From: Gammaproteobacteria bacterium
Lineage (GTDB): Bacteria; Pseudomonadota; Gammaproteobacteria; CBDBNL01; JAAOII01
Direction of reading: 5' to 3'
DNA length: 64,000 nt
Assembly (NCBI GenBank): GCA_965209035.1
Contig: OZ242372.1
Location: forward strand, 192,001 to 256,000
Part shown: positions 43,737-52,753 of the stretch, piece after piece
Layout of the letters: the number at the start of each line of letters is the position of its first letter
Numbering within the stretch: position 1 is the stretch's first letter
Notes under the pieces: generated by a model
The model's database searches: none
What the model saw: only the letters and a program-made list of their open reading frames with translations
Told to the model about the DNA's origin: nothing
Program-made: the position numbers and the translations under genes

Positions 43737-44882
43737 TTATCGCTCCGATTCGTAATCTTCACCCATCGCATTTTTTGACAACACCAGATGCCACAGTTGG
43801 GCGCCGCGTGTCCGATGCGATGCGGCGGAAAAAAGAAGATAGTAATGCCACATACGATAAAATCGCTCGCTGTATTTCCCTTTCAGAGAACCCCAGTTTG
43901 CGGTGAAGTTTTCATACCACGCCATCAAGGTCTTGTAATAATGACCGCTAAAAACATGCCAATCCTCCAGCATGAACAAGTCATCAAAAGAAGCTGTTAA
44001 CTGCTTGGCCGAAGGTATCATGCTATTGGGGAAAATATACTTTGACATCCACGGTTCATAATAAACAGTGGTATCATTACTGCCGTTTGTATGCACAAGC
44101 ATTAATCCCTTGTCTTTAAGACATCGGTAAGAGGTTTTCATCAGCTGACGATAATTTTTGTAGCCCACATGCTCACAGATGCCAATGGCTGCGATGCGAT
44201 CGTAGGCGCCGGTGGCTTTACGATAGTCCGATTCTATGATCTTGACCTTTAAACCTTTTGTGAGCTCCCGGGCATACTTGATTTGCTCGCGCGCAATATT
44301 GTAAACCGTCACCGCACAGCCGTAATTTTTTGCCATGAAGCGCGCCAGGCCGCCGAACCCGCCGCCGAGTTCCAAAACATGCATTCCCGGTTTAAGTTTA
44401 AGTTTGCGACAGATTAGGTCCAGTTTGTTAAACTGTGCTTCATCCAAAGTTTTGGCATCCTTCCAATAAGCGCAAGTATACTGCATATCCTTGCCCAACA
44501 TGGATTCATAAACATCATTGCCCGCATCGTAATGTTCGTAAGCAACCTTGGTGGAGCGACGAATAGTTTGTTGATTGAACAGATTGGGTAAAAATCTGTA
44601 AAGAAAGTTTTCGCGAAATCCTTTGGGACGGCCGGATAAGCCGGGCAAGGTCTGCATCGCATGGGTAATCACAAGATAAAAGAAATGTTCCAGATCGCGA
44701 CAATCCCACATGCCGTCCACATAGGTCTCTCCCAATGCCAAGGATTTTTGGCGAGCAATACTTGCATATACTCTGTCATCCTTAATTTGAGGGTCCCAAG
44801 GGTTATCGCCATTAATGCGGATGTTCGCCGGCTCCAAAATTTCCCGTTGTAGTTTTTGTTTGATTTTCTCTTTAATGTTCAT
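43737..44882 (-). CDS. cfa: Cyclopropane-fatty-acyl-phospholipid synthase
   Basis: [50 protein letters not shown]. Confidence 0.92.
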   Translation of the reverse strand: MNIKEKIKQKLQREILEPANIRINGDNPWDPQIKDDRVYASIARQKSLALGETYVDGMWDCRDLEHFFYLVITHAMQTLPGLSGRPKGFRENFLYRFLPNLFNQQTIRRSTKVAYEHYDAGNDVYESMLGKDMQYTCAYWKDAKTLDEAQFNKLDLICRKLKLKPGMHVLELGGGFGGLARFMAKNYGCAVTVYNIAREQIKYARELTKGLKVKIIESDYRKATGAYDRIAAIGICEHVGYKNYRQLMKTSYRCLKDKGLMLVHTNGSNDTTVYYEPWMSKYIFPNSMIPSAKQLTASFDDLFMLEDWHVFSGHYYKTLMAWYENFTANWGSLKGKYSERFYRMWHYYLLFSAASHRTRGAQLWHLVLSKNAMGEDYESER

Positions 44883-44916
44883 CTTTCTATTTTTAATGGT
44901 TATTATTAATTGTTAA

Positions 44917-45777
44917 TCATACGGCTTTGTTCTTTAAGTTATCCATAAATTTTCCATAACCGAGTTCGCCAAACCAAAATTGCAGCATGTTGTTAATGCC
45001 GCGCGTTGTCAAACTTGCCCCGGAAAGAGCGTCCACCTGATCACTTGCCGCGGACAGATCGTCCGCATGCTCGCTTGCCCCGGACAGATCGTCCGCCCGA
45101 TCCAAGTTCGCCGGATTTGCATATTCGCCACCCGCACCGGCACTCTTGCCGACACTTATTCCAAGTTTGCCCTGTTCGTCAAACACTCTTTTGCCTTTCC
45201 ACTGGGCCTTCCATTTGGGGCTATCCACTTCCCCACCCAATCCGGGAGTTTCCCCATGCTCGGAAAAAGTCAGTCCGTAAACTTGATTGTAGTCTTCCCC
45301 GCTCAGGGCAATATAACCAAACAAAGTGGACCACAGACCATAACCGCGAATCGGCAGAACCAAAATTTCCTTGCCGTCCGCAGAACGCATGGAATAAACG
45401 GGCACATAATATTCCAGTCGACCAAGACCCGCAATATCCTCTTTGCGGTCCAACGGGCGAGAATACTGAGGATCGCGCATAGCATCCCGATGCTCGTATT
45501 GGTCGGCGGCAAGATCCGTAGCAAATATTCCGGTCCGCAGATCCACCAAGCGAACAGTAACTTCTGAAAACAATCGCTGAATTTCTTTCTTATCAACCGC
45601 ACCCGCATCCGCGGACAGGATACCTGCGGCTGTCAAGATATTGGCATTACGGTTTACCAGTTTGTTGGTTTCTTGTAAATCACGCAAAGCAACAGCCGAA
45701 TAGGATACGAGCACCGAGCATCCCAAACATACCATTACTGTCACCACAATAATTCGCGAAATAGAATCTTTTTTCAT
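44917..45777 (-). CDS. nqrC: Na+-NQR subunit C
   Basis: LPIRGYGLWS, HGETPGLGGEV, VDALSGASLT, FWFGELGY; ATG at 45777. Confidence 0.93.
   Translation of the reverse strand: MKKDSISRIIVVTVMVCLGCSVLVSYSAVALRDLQETNKLVNRNANILTAAGILSADAGAVDKKEIQRLFSEVTVRLVDLRTGIFATDLAADQYEHRDAMRDPQYSRPLDRKEDIAGLGRLEYYVPVYSMRSADGKEILVLPIRGYGLWSTLFGYIALSGEDYNQVYGLTFSEHGETPGLGGEVDSPKWKAQWKGKRVFDEQGKLGISVGKSAGAGGEYANPANLDRADDLSGASEHADDLSAASDQVDALSGASLTTRGINNMLQFWFGELGYGKFMDNLKNKAV
45014..45103. repeat. Three imperfect 30-bp repeats encoding FMN-attachment-like motifs
   Basis: Encode DDLSGAS, DDLSAAS and DALSGAS at 10-aa spacing. Confidence 0.85.
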
Positions 45778-45851
45778 ACCCAAATTATAGCATGTCAAAC
45801 AATACCACCGGCGAACGCAAGGAAGCCGCCAAGGCACCCGGGCTCGGACGA

Positions 45852-46478
45852 TTAGTGCGATACTCTAAAATCAAATGTTTCCGATAGTGTTTCATTAATA
45901 CGATATGTTTCCGACCGGACCATATTTCCCTCCGGGTCATAGTAGTTGATATCCAGTCTGCCGTCTGCCGATGCGGGTACAGGGTAAATTGTCGCATCCG
46001 CGGAAGTTCCGTTCACCACCAAGTTTGCGATCAAGTTCAACCCGGCCGACAAACTGATTGTTCCCGCTCTTGTTATTCCTCTTTGGACACACAGTAATCT
46101 TTCGGGCGGGGGACAACTAAATACGGACTGATAGGTATCATCACCACAAAATACAGGTAATCCGCCACAGCCTTCCGTGCAAGCGGTTTGTACCCGGCCG
46201 CCGTCTTCGCACCGAACATACAGATTCTCCGTAATGTCCTCCTCCGTCGGCGATGCGCAACTCTGCGGATAGTCGGTACAACTGACCACCCAGGATCTGT
46301 TACCGTTCTCTTCGGTACAAATGCACGCATTGAAATCTCTTGTAACACTGTCGGCATAATTCCCTCTGGAATCCTCGCCACAAGAAAGCAAAGTGATTGC
46401 GCCGGCAATCAAGAGTCCCGGCAAAATAGCCCGCATAAAAACTCTTCTTGCGGTCCCTTTCGTCCTCACCGGCGGCAT
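45852..46478 (-). CDS. Cys-rich hypothetical lipoprotein
   Basis: Lipobox LLSC plus 10 further Cys. Start uncertain (46436-46511). Confidence 0.6.
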   Translation of the reverse strand: MPPVRTKGTARRVFMRAILPGLLIAGAITLLSCGEDSRGNYADSVTRDFNACICTEENGNRSWVVSCTDYPQSCASPTEEDITENLYVRCEDGGRVQTACTEGCGGLPVFCGDDTYQSVFSCPPPERLLCVQRGITRAGTISLSAGLNLIANLVVNGTSADATIYPVPASADGRLDINYYDPEGNMVRSETYRINETLSETFDFRVSH

Positions 46479-46572
46479 CGTTTTACCCTTCATCTTAAAT
46501 AACAGTTGCATTCGTTTAATCTCTTCGGCTTCATTAAGAACATTATAATATTTTTAAGGGTAAAATATATCC

Positions 46573-47229
46573 GTGGTTATCAAAAAATACTCGGCGGGTA
46601 TCTCACTGATTATTCTGTTGTTGTTCGCTTCGGTTGCTCATGCCGAGTCCTCTATGCGCATCCGCGGCGGCATCAGCGGCGGTTACTTGCTTCCCGATTT
46701 ACAACAACGCAGATGCGCGGCCTGCGACCACGAACCCGATTCACAAACGGGAATTAATGCCTTGATAGACTTTGAATTTAACGGACATTCTTTTAGCGTT
46801 GATCGGTATTTGCTTGATTTTACTTATCCCGCTTCCGATCGCTTTTTTGCATCCGAAGATCAAATTGAAATGACTACATTGGGGTACAGATACTTCACAC
46901 CGCCCGGTATGTACTTTGGTTTCGGGCAAATGTTTGATTGGAGACTCAAACAAACAATAGAAACGGAAGACAAATTGCAAATAATGTATGACACCAATAT
47001 CATTCCCTTATTCGGCCCCTATCTTCTGATTCTCGGATACGAAAAGGTATTCGCGACCAGATTGACACTTGGCATGCATTTCTTTTCCTCACAGCAGCAT
47101 GATATAAAATGCTCGCGAGTTTCCCACAGAGGATCTTCGCTATCCGTACCGGAATGTCCCCACCGAAATAGCATAAGGTTCTCCGCGCAGCAACTGAGTC
47201 TCACTCTCGGGTATGCGTTCAAACTTTAA
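46573..47229 (+). CDS. Putative small outer-membrane beta-barrel protein
   Basis: Signal peptide ending VAHA, amphipathic strands, terminal LSLTLGYAFKL. Confidence 0.55.
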   Translation: MVIKKYSAGISLIILLLFASVAHAESSMRIRGGISGGYLLPDLQQRRCAACDHEPDSQTGINALIDFEFNGHSFSVDRYLLDFTYPASDRFFASEDQIEMTTLGYRYFTPPGMYFGFGQMFDWRLKQTIETEDKLQIMYDTNIIPLFGPYLLILGYEKVFATRLTLGMHFFSSQQHDIKCSRVSHRGSSLSVPECPHRNSIRFSAQQLSLTLGYAFKL

Positions 47230-47456
47230 AGAGATTTTAAATATTCCTCCGCCAACCGGCGATTAAAATAAAAAGAACGGACGCAAGAGCCCTGCATTCC
47301 GCGGGTGTATTTGGCGTGTATTGAAGTTCAAAAGGCACTCATTCAATAGGGTTTCAATATTCGTTTTTGGTCAAAACAAATTAACTATTGTCTTGTATCT
47401 CGTTTTTTATAGTATGTTTGTTTTATAATTTACCCATGACATATCAATATAACCAA

Positions 47457-47987
47457 ATGATGAAAAAATATTTCTTGCCTTTGCTTCAATATACCCTATG
47501 GACTCTCACGGCATGTTTTGTGCTTTCAATGCCGGCACAGGCCGCCGAAGAAAAACCGGTCATCGGTGTGATTGATTGGCGAGAAGCCGTATTCTCAAGT
47601 AAGACCGCCCAAAAAGAGAATGCCGACTTAAAGAGACAGCACAAAGCGGATACGGATAAAATTAAAAGTCTGGAGGGCCGGATTCGCAGTAATAACGACC
47701 GTTTAGAGAAAGAAGGAGAATCCATGAGTTCCAAAAAGAAAGAAAAGATTCTCAAACAATTGCAAGCGGATGTTCTTGAATATCAAAAACTGGGAGAAAG
47801 GTTACAAACAGTGCTCAAACGCACCGAGCAAGAGTTTATTCAAAGACAAAGCGTCAAAATGACCGAAGCATTTAAAATAATTAGCGAGAAAAAAGGACTG
47901 CATGTGATTCTGGCCAAAGATGCTGTCGTATATTCGCGTTTAAGTATAGACATCACTCAAGATGTCATAAAATATTTGGATAAATAG
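47457..47987 (+). CDS. skp: Periplasmic chaperone Skp/OmpH
   Basis: Signal ending AQA, IGVID, coiled coil, DITQDVIKYL. Confidence 0.85.
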   Translation: MMKKYFLPLLQYTLWTLTACFVLSMPAQAAEEKPVIGVIDWREAVFSSKTAQKENADLKRQHKADTDKIKSLEGRIRSNNDRLEKEGESMSSKKKEKILKQLQADVLEYQKLGERLQTVLKRTEQEFIQRQSVKMTEAFKIISEKKGLHVILAKDAVVYSRLSIDITQDVIKYLDK

Positions 47988-47992
47988 CGGAT

Positions 47993-48496
47993 ATGGAAAA
48001 ACAGGAAAACATGATGGATATTGAAGATATCCAAAAGGTCCTTAGGCATCGCTACCCTTTTTTACTTGTTGACCGAGTAACCGGTTTGGAGTTCGGCAGC
48101 AGTATCTCCGCTTACAAAAATGTTACTTACAATGAGCCTTTCTTTCAAGGACATTTCCCCAAATTTTCTATCATGCCGGGTGTTCTCACTCTGGAGGCCA
48201 TGGTTCAAACCGCCGGTATTCTTTCATACAAAACACTTGAACAGCAAGCGGAAAGTTCGGATGAGTTTCACAAAGGAAACGAAAATTTCATTTATATTCT
48301 GGCCGGCACCGAAAAAGTGCGTTTTCGTAAGCCGGTCGTACCGGGCGACTGTTTACAAATGTTCGTTGAGATTCTCAAAGTAAAATCCGACATATGGAAA
48401 TACCGTGCCGTTGCCACTGTGGACGATATACCCGTATGTGATGCGCTTATTTATTGCAAAGGGGAAGAAAAAAAGAATTTGCTTCGCATAAAGTAA
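47993..48496 (+). CDS. fabZ: 3-hydroxyacyl-ACP dehydratase
   Basis: HRYPFLLVDRV, NEPFFQGHFP, MPGVL..EAM.Q. Confidence 0.95.
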   Translation: MEKQENMMDIEDIQKVLRHRYPFLLVDRVTGLEFGSSISAYKNVTYNEPFFQGHFPKFSIMPGVLTLEAMVQTAGILSYKTLEQQAESSDEFHKGNENFIYILAGTEKVRFRKPVVPGDCLQMFVEILKVKSDIWKYRAVATVDDIPVCDALIYCKGEEKKNLLRIK

Positions 48497-48502
48497 GCAC
48501 GA

Positions 48503-49282
48503 ATGCCGATTCATCCTACTGCGATTGTAGATTCTGCGGCAAAAATTCATAACACGGCAACCATAGGTCCCTATGTCCAAATCAACGGGGAAGTGGAAAT
48601 TGGTGTGCATTGTTATGTTGCCGGTCACTGTCAAATATTAGGCCCCACTGTTATTGGCAAACACAACAAACTGCATTTTGCCTGTGCTTTGGGCGATACC
48701 CCGCAAGATCTAAAATACAAAGAGGAAGAAGGCGGTATTCTCCAAATAGGCGACCACAATATTTTTCGCGAAGGATGTATCATTCACCGCTCTAGCACAA
48801 AAAAAAATACGCATATCGGCGATCATAACTTCTTAATGATTTATGCTCATGTCGGTCATGATTGTCATATCGGTTGCCATAACATCTTCGGTTGCTATGC
48901 CGCTTTCGGCGGACATACAAAAATTGGCAATTACACGAATATCAGCGCGCATGTGGCGGTGCATCAATATTGTCGCATCGGCGATCATGCGCATATTGGC
49001 GGCGGTGCGATGATCAGACAAGATATCGCACCCTACATCTTGATGGGAAAAAGTGGTAAAATCCCGGCCGGCATCAATGTCCGAGGATTAAAACGCAACG
49101 GCTTTGACGATGCGCGTATCCGGGCCCTGCGCACCGCCTATCGGATCTTTTTCCGAGAAGGTCTTGCTAAAAATGCGGCAATTGAAAAACTGAAGTCTTT
49201 GGATATCGCCTCAAAAGGAAAGGAAGTTGAGAAATTCGTTCATTTTCTCGAACAACAAACCGCGCGGGGGGTCGCACGCTAA
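48503..49282 (+). CDS. lpxA: Acyl-ACP--UDP-N-acetylglucosamine acyltransferase
   Basis: IHPTAIV hexapeptide repeats, PQDLKY, AHVGHDC, VHQYCRIG. Confidence 0.92.
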   Translation: MPIHPTAIVDSAAKIHNTATIGPYVQINGEVEIGVHCYVAGHCQILGPTVIGKHNKLHFACALGDTPQDLKYKEEEGGILQIGDHNIFREGCIIHRSSTKKNTHIGDHNFLMIYAHVGHDCHIGCHNIFGCYAAFGGHTKIGNYTNISAHVAVHQYCRIGDHAHIGGGAMIRQDIAPYILMGKSGKIPAGINVRGLKRNGFDDARIRALRTAYRIFFREGLAKNAAIEKLKSLDIASKGKEVEKFVHFLEQQTARGVAR

Positions 49283-49286
49283 CAGG

Positions 49287-50489
49287 ATGCAGCCTGCTCC
49301 AACGAATGCTCAAATCAAGGATCCAATCAAGGATCCTACCAAGGCACCGACCATTGCACTGATCGCATGCGAAGAATCCGGCGACTCTCTGGGACAAGAG
49401 CTGATGTTAAAACTGCGGGATAAACTTCCGCATGCAAAGTTTATCGGGATTGGCGGGCAAAAAATGCAAGCCGCCGGTCTGCGCTCTTGGGTTGAAATGG
49501 AGCAACTCTCCGTTATCGGTCTGACCGAAGCCCTCTTAAAATTGACAAAGATCTTGCGAATTTCTCGCCGAGTCAAACAACTCTTGGCAAAAAACAAACC
49601 GGATCTGTTTATAGGAATCGACGCGCCCGGCTTTAACTTGCACATGGCGGGTTATATGCGTAAGATGGGATGTCCGACAGTTCAATATGTGAGTCCAACC
49701 TTTTGGGCATGGGGAGAAAAACGGATCAACAAGGTGCGGCGGGTCATCAATCTTGTCCTTTGTCTTTATCCTATGGAAAAACAACGCTATGATCGCGAAA
49801 AGATTCCCTCGGTGTTTGTCGGGCATCCTATCGCGGATCAAATCGCACCGGACAACAGCAAATCTAGCAAATCCGCCGCCCGCAAAAAATTGGGTGTCAG
49901 TAAAGAAGACACCCCCGTGATTGCCCTTCTCCCGGGAAGTCGCTCCGCCGAGATAACCAAACTCACGCACATCTTTATTGCCACGGCCAATACTTATCTG
50001 CGACAAAAGCGCGACACCCGGTTTATTTTGGTGGCGGTCAATTCAAAGTGGGCCGAGTATATTAAAAAATCGCTACCCAAAGACGAGCAAGTGAGGCGAC
50101 ATTTTCGGGTTGTCATCGGCCAAAGCCGCACCGCAATGACGGCGGCCGATTGCGTTCTCTTGGCATCCGGCACCGCCACCTTGGAATGCATGTTCATCAA
50201 ACGCCCGATGGTTGTCGCATACAAGGTATCTTTTATTACCTTTTTTCTGGCAAAAAACTTTCTCGCCCGCATCCCGTATATCGCCCAGCCCAATATTCTT
50301 CTCGGCAGAATGGCCGTTGAAGAATACCTGCAACAAAAAGCCAATCCTGCCAATCTAAGTCGCGCCCTTGCGCGTATTCTCGCCAAGCCCTTTGAGCTAA
50401 AAGAGGAGTACAACAGAATTCATCGTCTGATGCGGCGCAACGCATCCCAAAAAGCGGCCGATGCCGTCTGCGAACTTCTGAATTTCTAA
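49287..50489 (+). CDS. lpxB: Lipid A disaccharide synthase
   Basis: EESGD, IDAPGFN, YVSPTFWAW, LLPGSR, SGTATLE. Confidence 0.93.
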   Translation: MQPAPTNAQIKDPIKDPTKAPTIALIACEESGDSLGQELMLKLRDKLPHAKFIGIGGQKMQAAGLRSWVEMEQLSVIGLTEALLKLTKILRISRRVKQLLAKNKPDLFIGIDAPGFNLHMAGYMRKMGCPTVQYVSPTFWAWGEKRINKVRRVINLVLCLYPMEKQRYDREKIPSVFVGHPIADQIAPDNSKSSKSAARKKLGVSKEDTPVIALLPGSRSAEITKLTHIFIATANTYLRQKRDTRFILVAVNSKWAEYIKKSLPKDEQVRRHFRVVIGQSRTAMTAADCVLLASGTATLECMFIKRPMVVAYKVSFITFFLAKNFLARIPYIAQPNILLGRMAVEEYLQQKANPANLSRALARILAKPFELKEEYNRIHRLMRRNASQKAADAVCELLNF

Positions 50490-50545
50490 ACTTCTAAACT
50501 TCTAACTAAGGAAACAAAATTCTGTCAGTGAAAACGAAAACGAAA

Positions 50546-51661
50546 ATGAAAATAAAACCCGTTGATCTGCAAGCACAGTATCTGGCATACAAGGCCGAAA
50601 CAGATGCGGCGATTCACAGCGTCTTGGCGGATGCCTGTTATATCGGCGGCAAGGACATTGACAAACTGGAAGAAGAATTGGCGATGCGTTGCGGTGCCAA
50701 GCACGCCATCTGTTGTTCCAGCGGAACAGACGCCCTGCTTCTTGCTCTGATGGCGGAGGGCATAGGGCCCGGCGACGAAGTCATCACCACATCCTTTACT
50801 TTTGTCGCCACCGCGGAAACAACCGCCCTGCTTGGAGCCCGTTCCGTATTTATAGACATCAAAGAATCCACCGCCCTCATGAACGAAGAACTGATAGAAG
50901 ATGCGATTTCACCGGCGACGCGGGCGATCATCCCCGTATCTTTGTTTGGTCAAACCTGCGATATGGATGCCATTTACCGCATCGCCCAAAAGCATCGCCT
51001 TGTTGTCATTGAGGACGCAGCTCAAAGTTTCGGCGCCGCTTACAAAGACCGGTTTTCTTGCAATCTCAGCGAATACGCCTGCACCAGTTTTTACCCGGCA
51101 AAGCCCTTGGGCTGCTACGGCGACGGCGGTGCCGTTTTTACCAACGACGCAGCGAAAATGCAAAAAATCCGCCGGCTTCTTAACCATGGCCAAAACGAGA
51201 AATATGCCTATTCCGAAGTCGGCATTAACGGCAGGCTAGATACCATACAGGCCGCCATCCTGCGTGTCAAGTTAAAGTATCACGCCAAGGAGATGGAAGC
51301 CCGGCGAAGCATCGCATCTTTTTATGACAAAGAATTAACAGGGACCGCTCTGACGCCCTTGCGGATTTCGGAATACAACAAGAGCTCATATGCCCAATAC
51401 AGCCTTTATGCCCCGCCGGGAACCCGCGACAATTTCAGAGCACAACTTGCCGAGGCGGGCATACCCACCGCAATTTACTATCCGCTCCCCCTGCACCTGC
51501 AAGAAGCCTACAAGAAGAATACTGTGACACACAAAAATCTTCGCGCAACGGAGACAGCCGCAAACAACATTATGAGCATCCCCATGCATCCTTTTTTGAC
51601 CCGGGAAGAATGCAATTACATAGTCGCACATTTGAAAGCCTGCAAGCCCGCGTGCATATGA
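50546..51661 (+). CDS. DegT/DnrJ/EryC1/StrS aminotransferase (WbpE/GnnB-like UDP-3-keto-sugar aminotransferase)
   Basis: SSGTDAL, IEDAAQSFGA, SFYPAKPLGCYGDGG, NGRLDTIQAA. Confidence 0.85.
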   Translation: MKIKPVDLQAQYLAYKAETDAAIHSVLADACYIGGKDIDKLEEELAMRCGAKHAICCSSGTDALLLALMAEGIGPGDEVITTSFTFVATAETTALLGARSVFIDIKESTALMNEELIEDAISPATRAIIPVSLFGQTCDMDAIYRIAQKHRLVVIEDAAQSFGAAYKDRFSCNLSEYACTSFYPAKPLGCYGDGGAVFTNDAAKMQKIRRLLNHGQNEKYAYSEVGINGRLDTIQAAILRVKLKYHAKEMEARRSIASFYDKELTGTALTPLRISEYNKSSYAQYSLYAPPGTRDNFRAQLAEAGIPTAIYYPLPLHLQEAYKKNTVTHKNLRATETAANNIMSIPMHPFLTREECNYIVAHLKACKPACI

Positions 51662-51710
51662 GAAACGGATAAAGAATTACATCAATTAAAAGCATCAGCG
51701 AAAATCATCA

Positions 51711-52718
51711 ATGAAAAAAAGAGCCACTAAGCGTAACCGCCTCTCGCTTCTCACAGCACGGTTCGGCTTAACCATTCTGAAAGGCATCGCCATGCTGCCC
51801 TTACCTCTCATGCATTTCTTTGCCAATGTTTTGGGGATTTTTGTATTTTGTGTCATACCGGCTCGCCGTCGCATTACGCGTATTAATCTCCTGATGTGTT
51901 TTCCCGAACTCTCCGCAAAAAAAATTAACCGAATGGTTCTTGACAACTATTGCCGTTGTATGACAGGGGCCCTATGGGGACTGCGCGTATTTTTCTCGCC
52001 GACTTCCGCATACGGAAAACAACTCACGGCAAGCACTCAACCGCCCGCCCGGTTTGTTCGCAAAGTGATCTGGGAGGGAGACAAACAATTGGAAGCATTC
52101 CTCGCCCAAAAAAAACGAGTCGTTCTGCTGGGAGACCATTCCGCATATATGGACATTATTGGCTGGGTGGTATGTCGCCGATTTCCGTCTGTCATTTCCA
52201 TCTATCAACAATTAAAAGATCCTGTCTTTAATCGGGTGATATTCGGTCGCAAAAAATATATGAAAGGATTCTTCGAGAGCAACGACATTTATCGCATCAA
52301 AAGTAATTTTACCCCCGGCGATATACTCTGGCTTGCGATAGATCAAGACACATCGAAGAAAGCTGCGTCCGTGTTTTCTCCGTTTTGCGGTGTCATGGCT
52401 GCTTCGGCGATCACCGGCTGGCGTTGGGCAAAAATCATGAAAGCCGAAACATTTGTCCTTCACGGCATTCTCATGCCCAACTACACCTTAAAGATCTACT
52501 TTCATCAGATCCCCGATTTTGGAAGTCTGCCGGTACAGGCTGCCATAGATCGGCAAAACCAAGCCATAACGAAGTACATCCGAATGGAACCGACACAGTA
52601 TTTCTGGATGCACCGGCGTTTTAAGAGCCGACCAACGGGAGAAAAACCTTTTTATCCCGTCATCAAAAAATACAAGAAGCGGCAAGAAATAGCAAGAAAC
52701 AGCAATAAACAGCAATAA
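51711..52718 (+). CDS. Lipid A late acyltransferase (LpxL/HtrB family), paralog 1
   Basis: RINLLMCFPELS, H-x4-D (HSAYMD), LAIDQD, PTQYFWMHRRFKSRP. Confidence 0.85.
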   Translation: MKKRATKRNRLSLLTARFGLTILKGIAMLPLPLMHFFANVLGIFVFCVIPARRRITRINLLMCFPELSAKKINRMVLDNYCRCMTGALWGLRVFFSPTSAYGKQLTASTQPPARFVRKVIWEGDKQLEAFLAQKKRVVLLGDHSAYMDIIGWVVCRRFPSVISIYQQLKDPVFNRVIFGRKKYMKGFFESNDIYRIKSNFTPGDILWLAIDQDTSKKAASVFSPFCGVMAASAITGWRWAKIMKAETFVLHGILMPNYTLKIYFHQIPDFGSLPVQAAIDRQNQAITKYIRMEPTQYFWMHRRFKSRPTGEKPFYPVIKKYKKRQEIARNSNKQQ

Positions 52719-52753
52719 ACGGCATAACAGACAGCAAAGTACTTGGTCTATCA

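Noticed and set aside
20983-43771. N-terminal extensions in the ORF track (MBL 20983, purB 24522, hflD 25235, ruvX 39715, nqrE 43167, nqrD 43771)
   Set aside because: They overlap neighbouring genes, and downstream starts fit the family N-termini.
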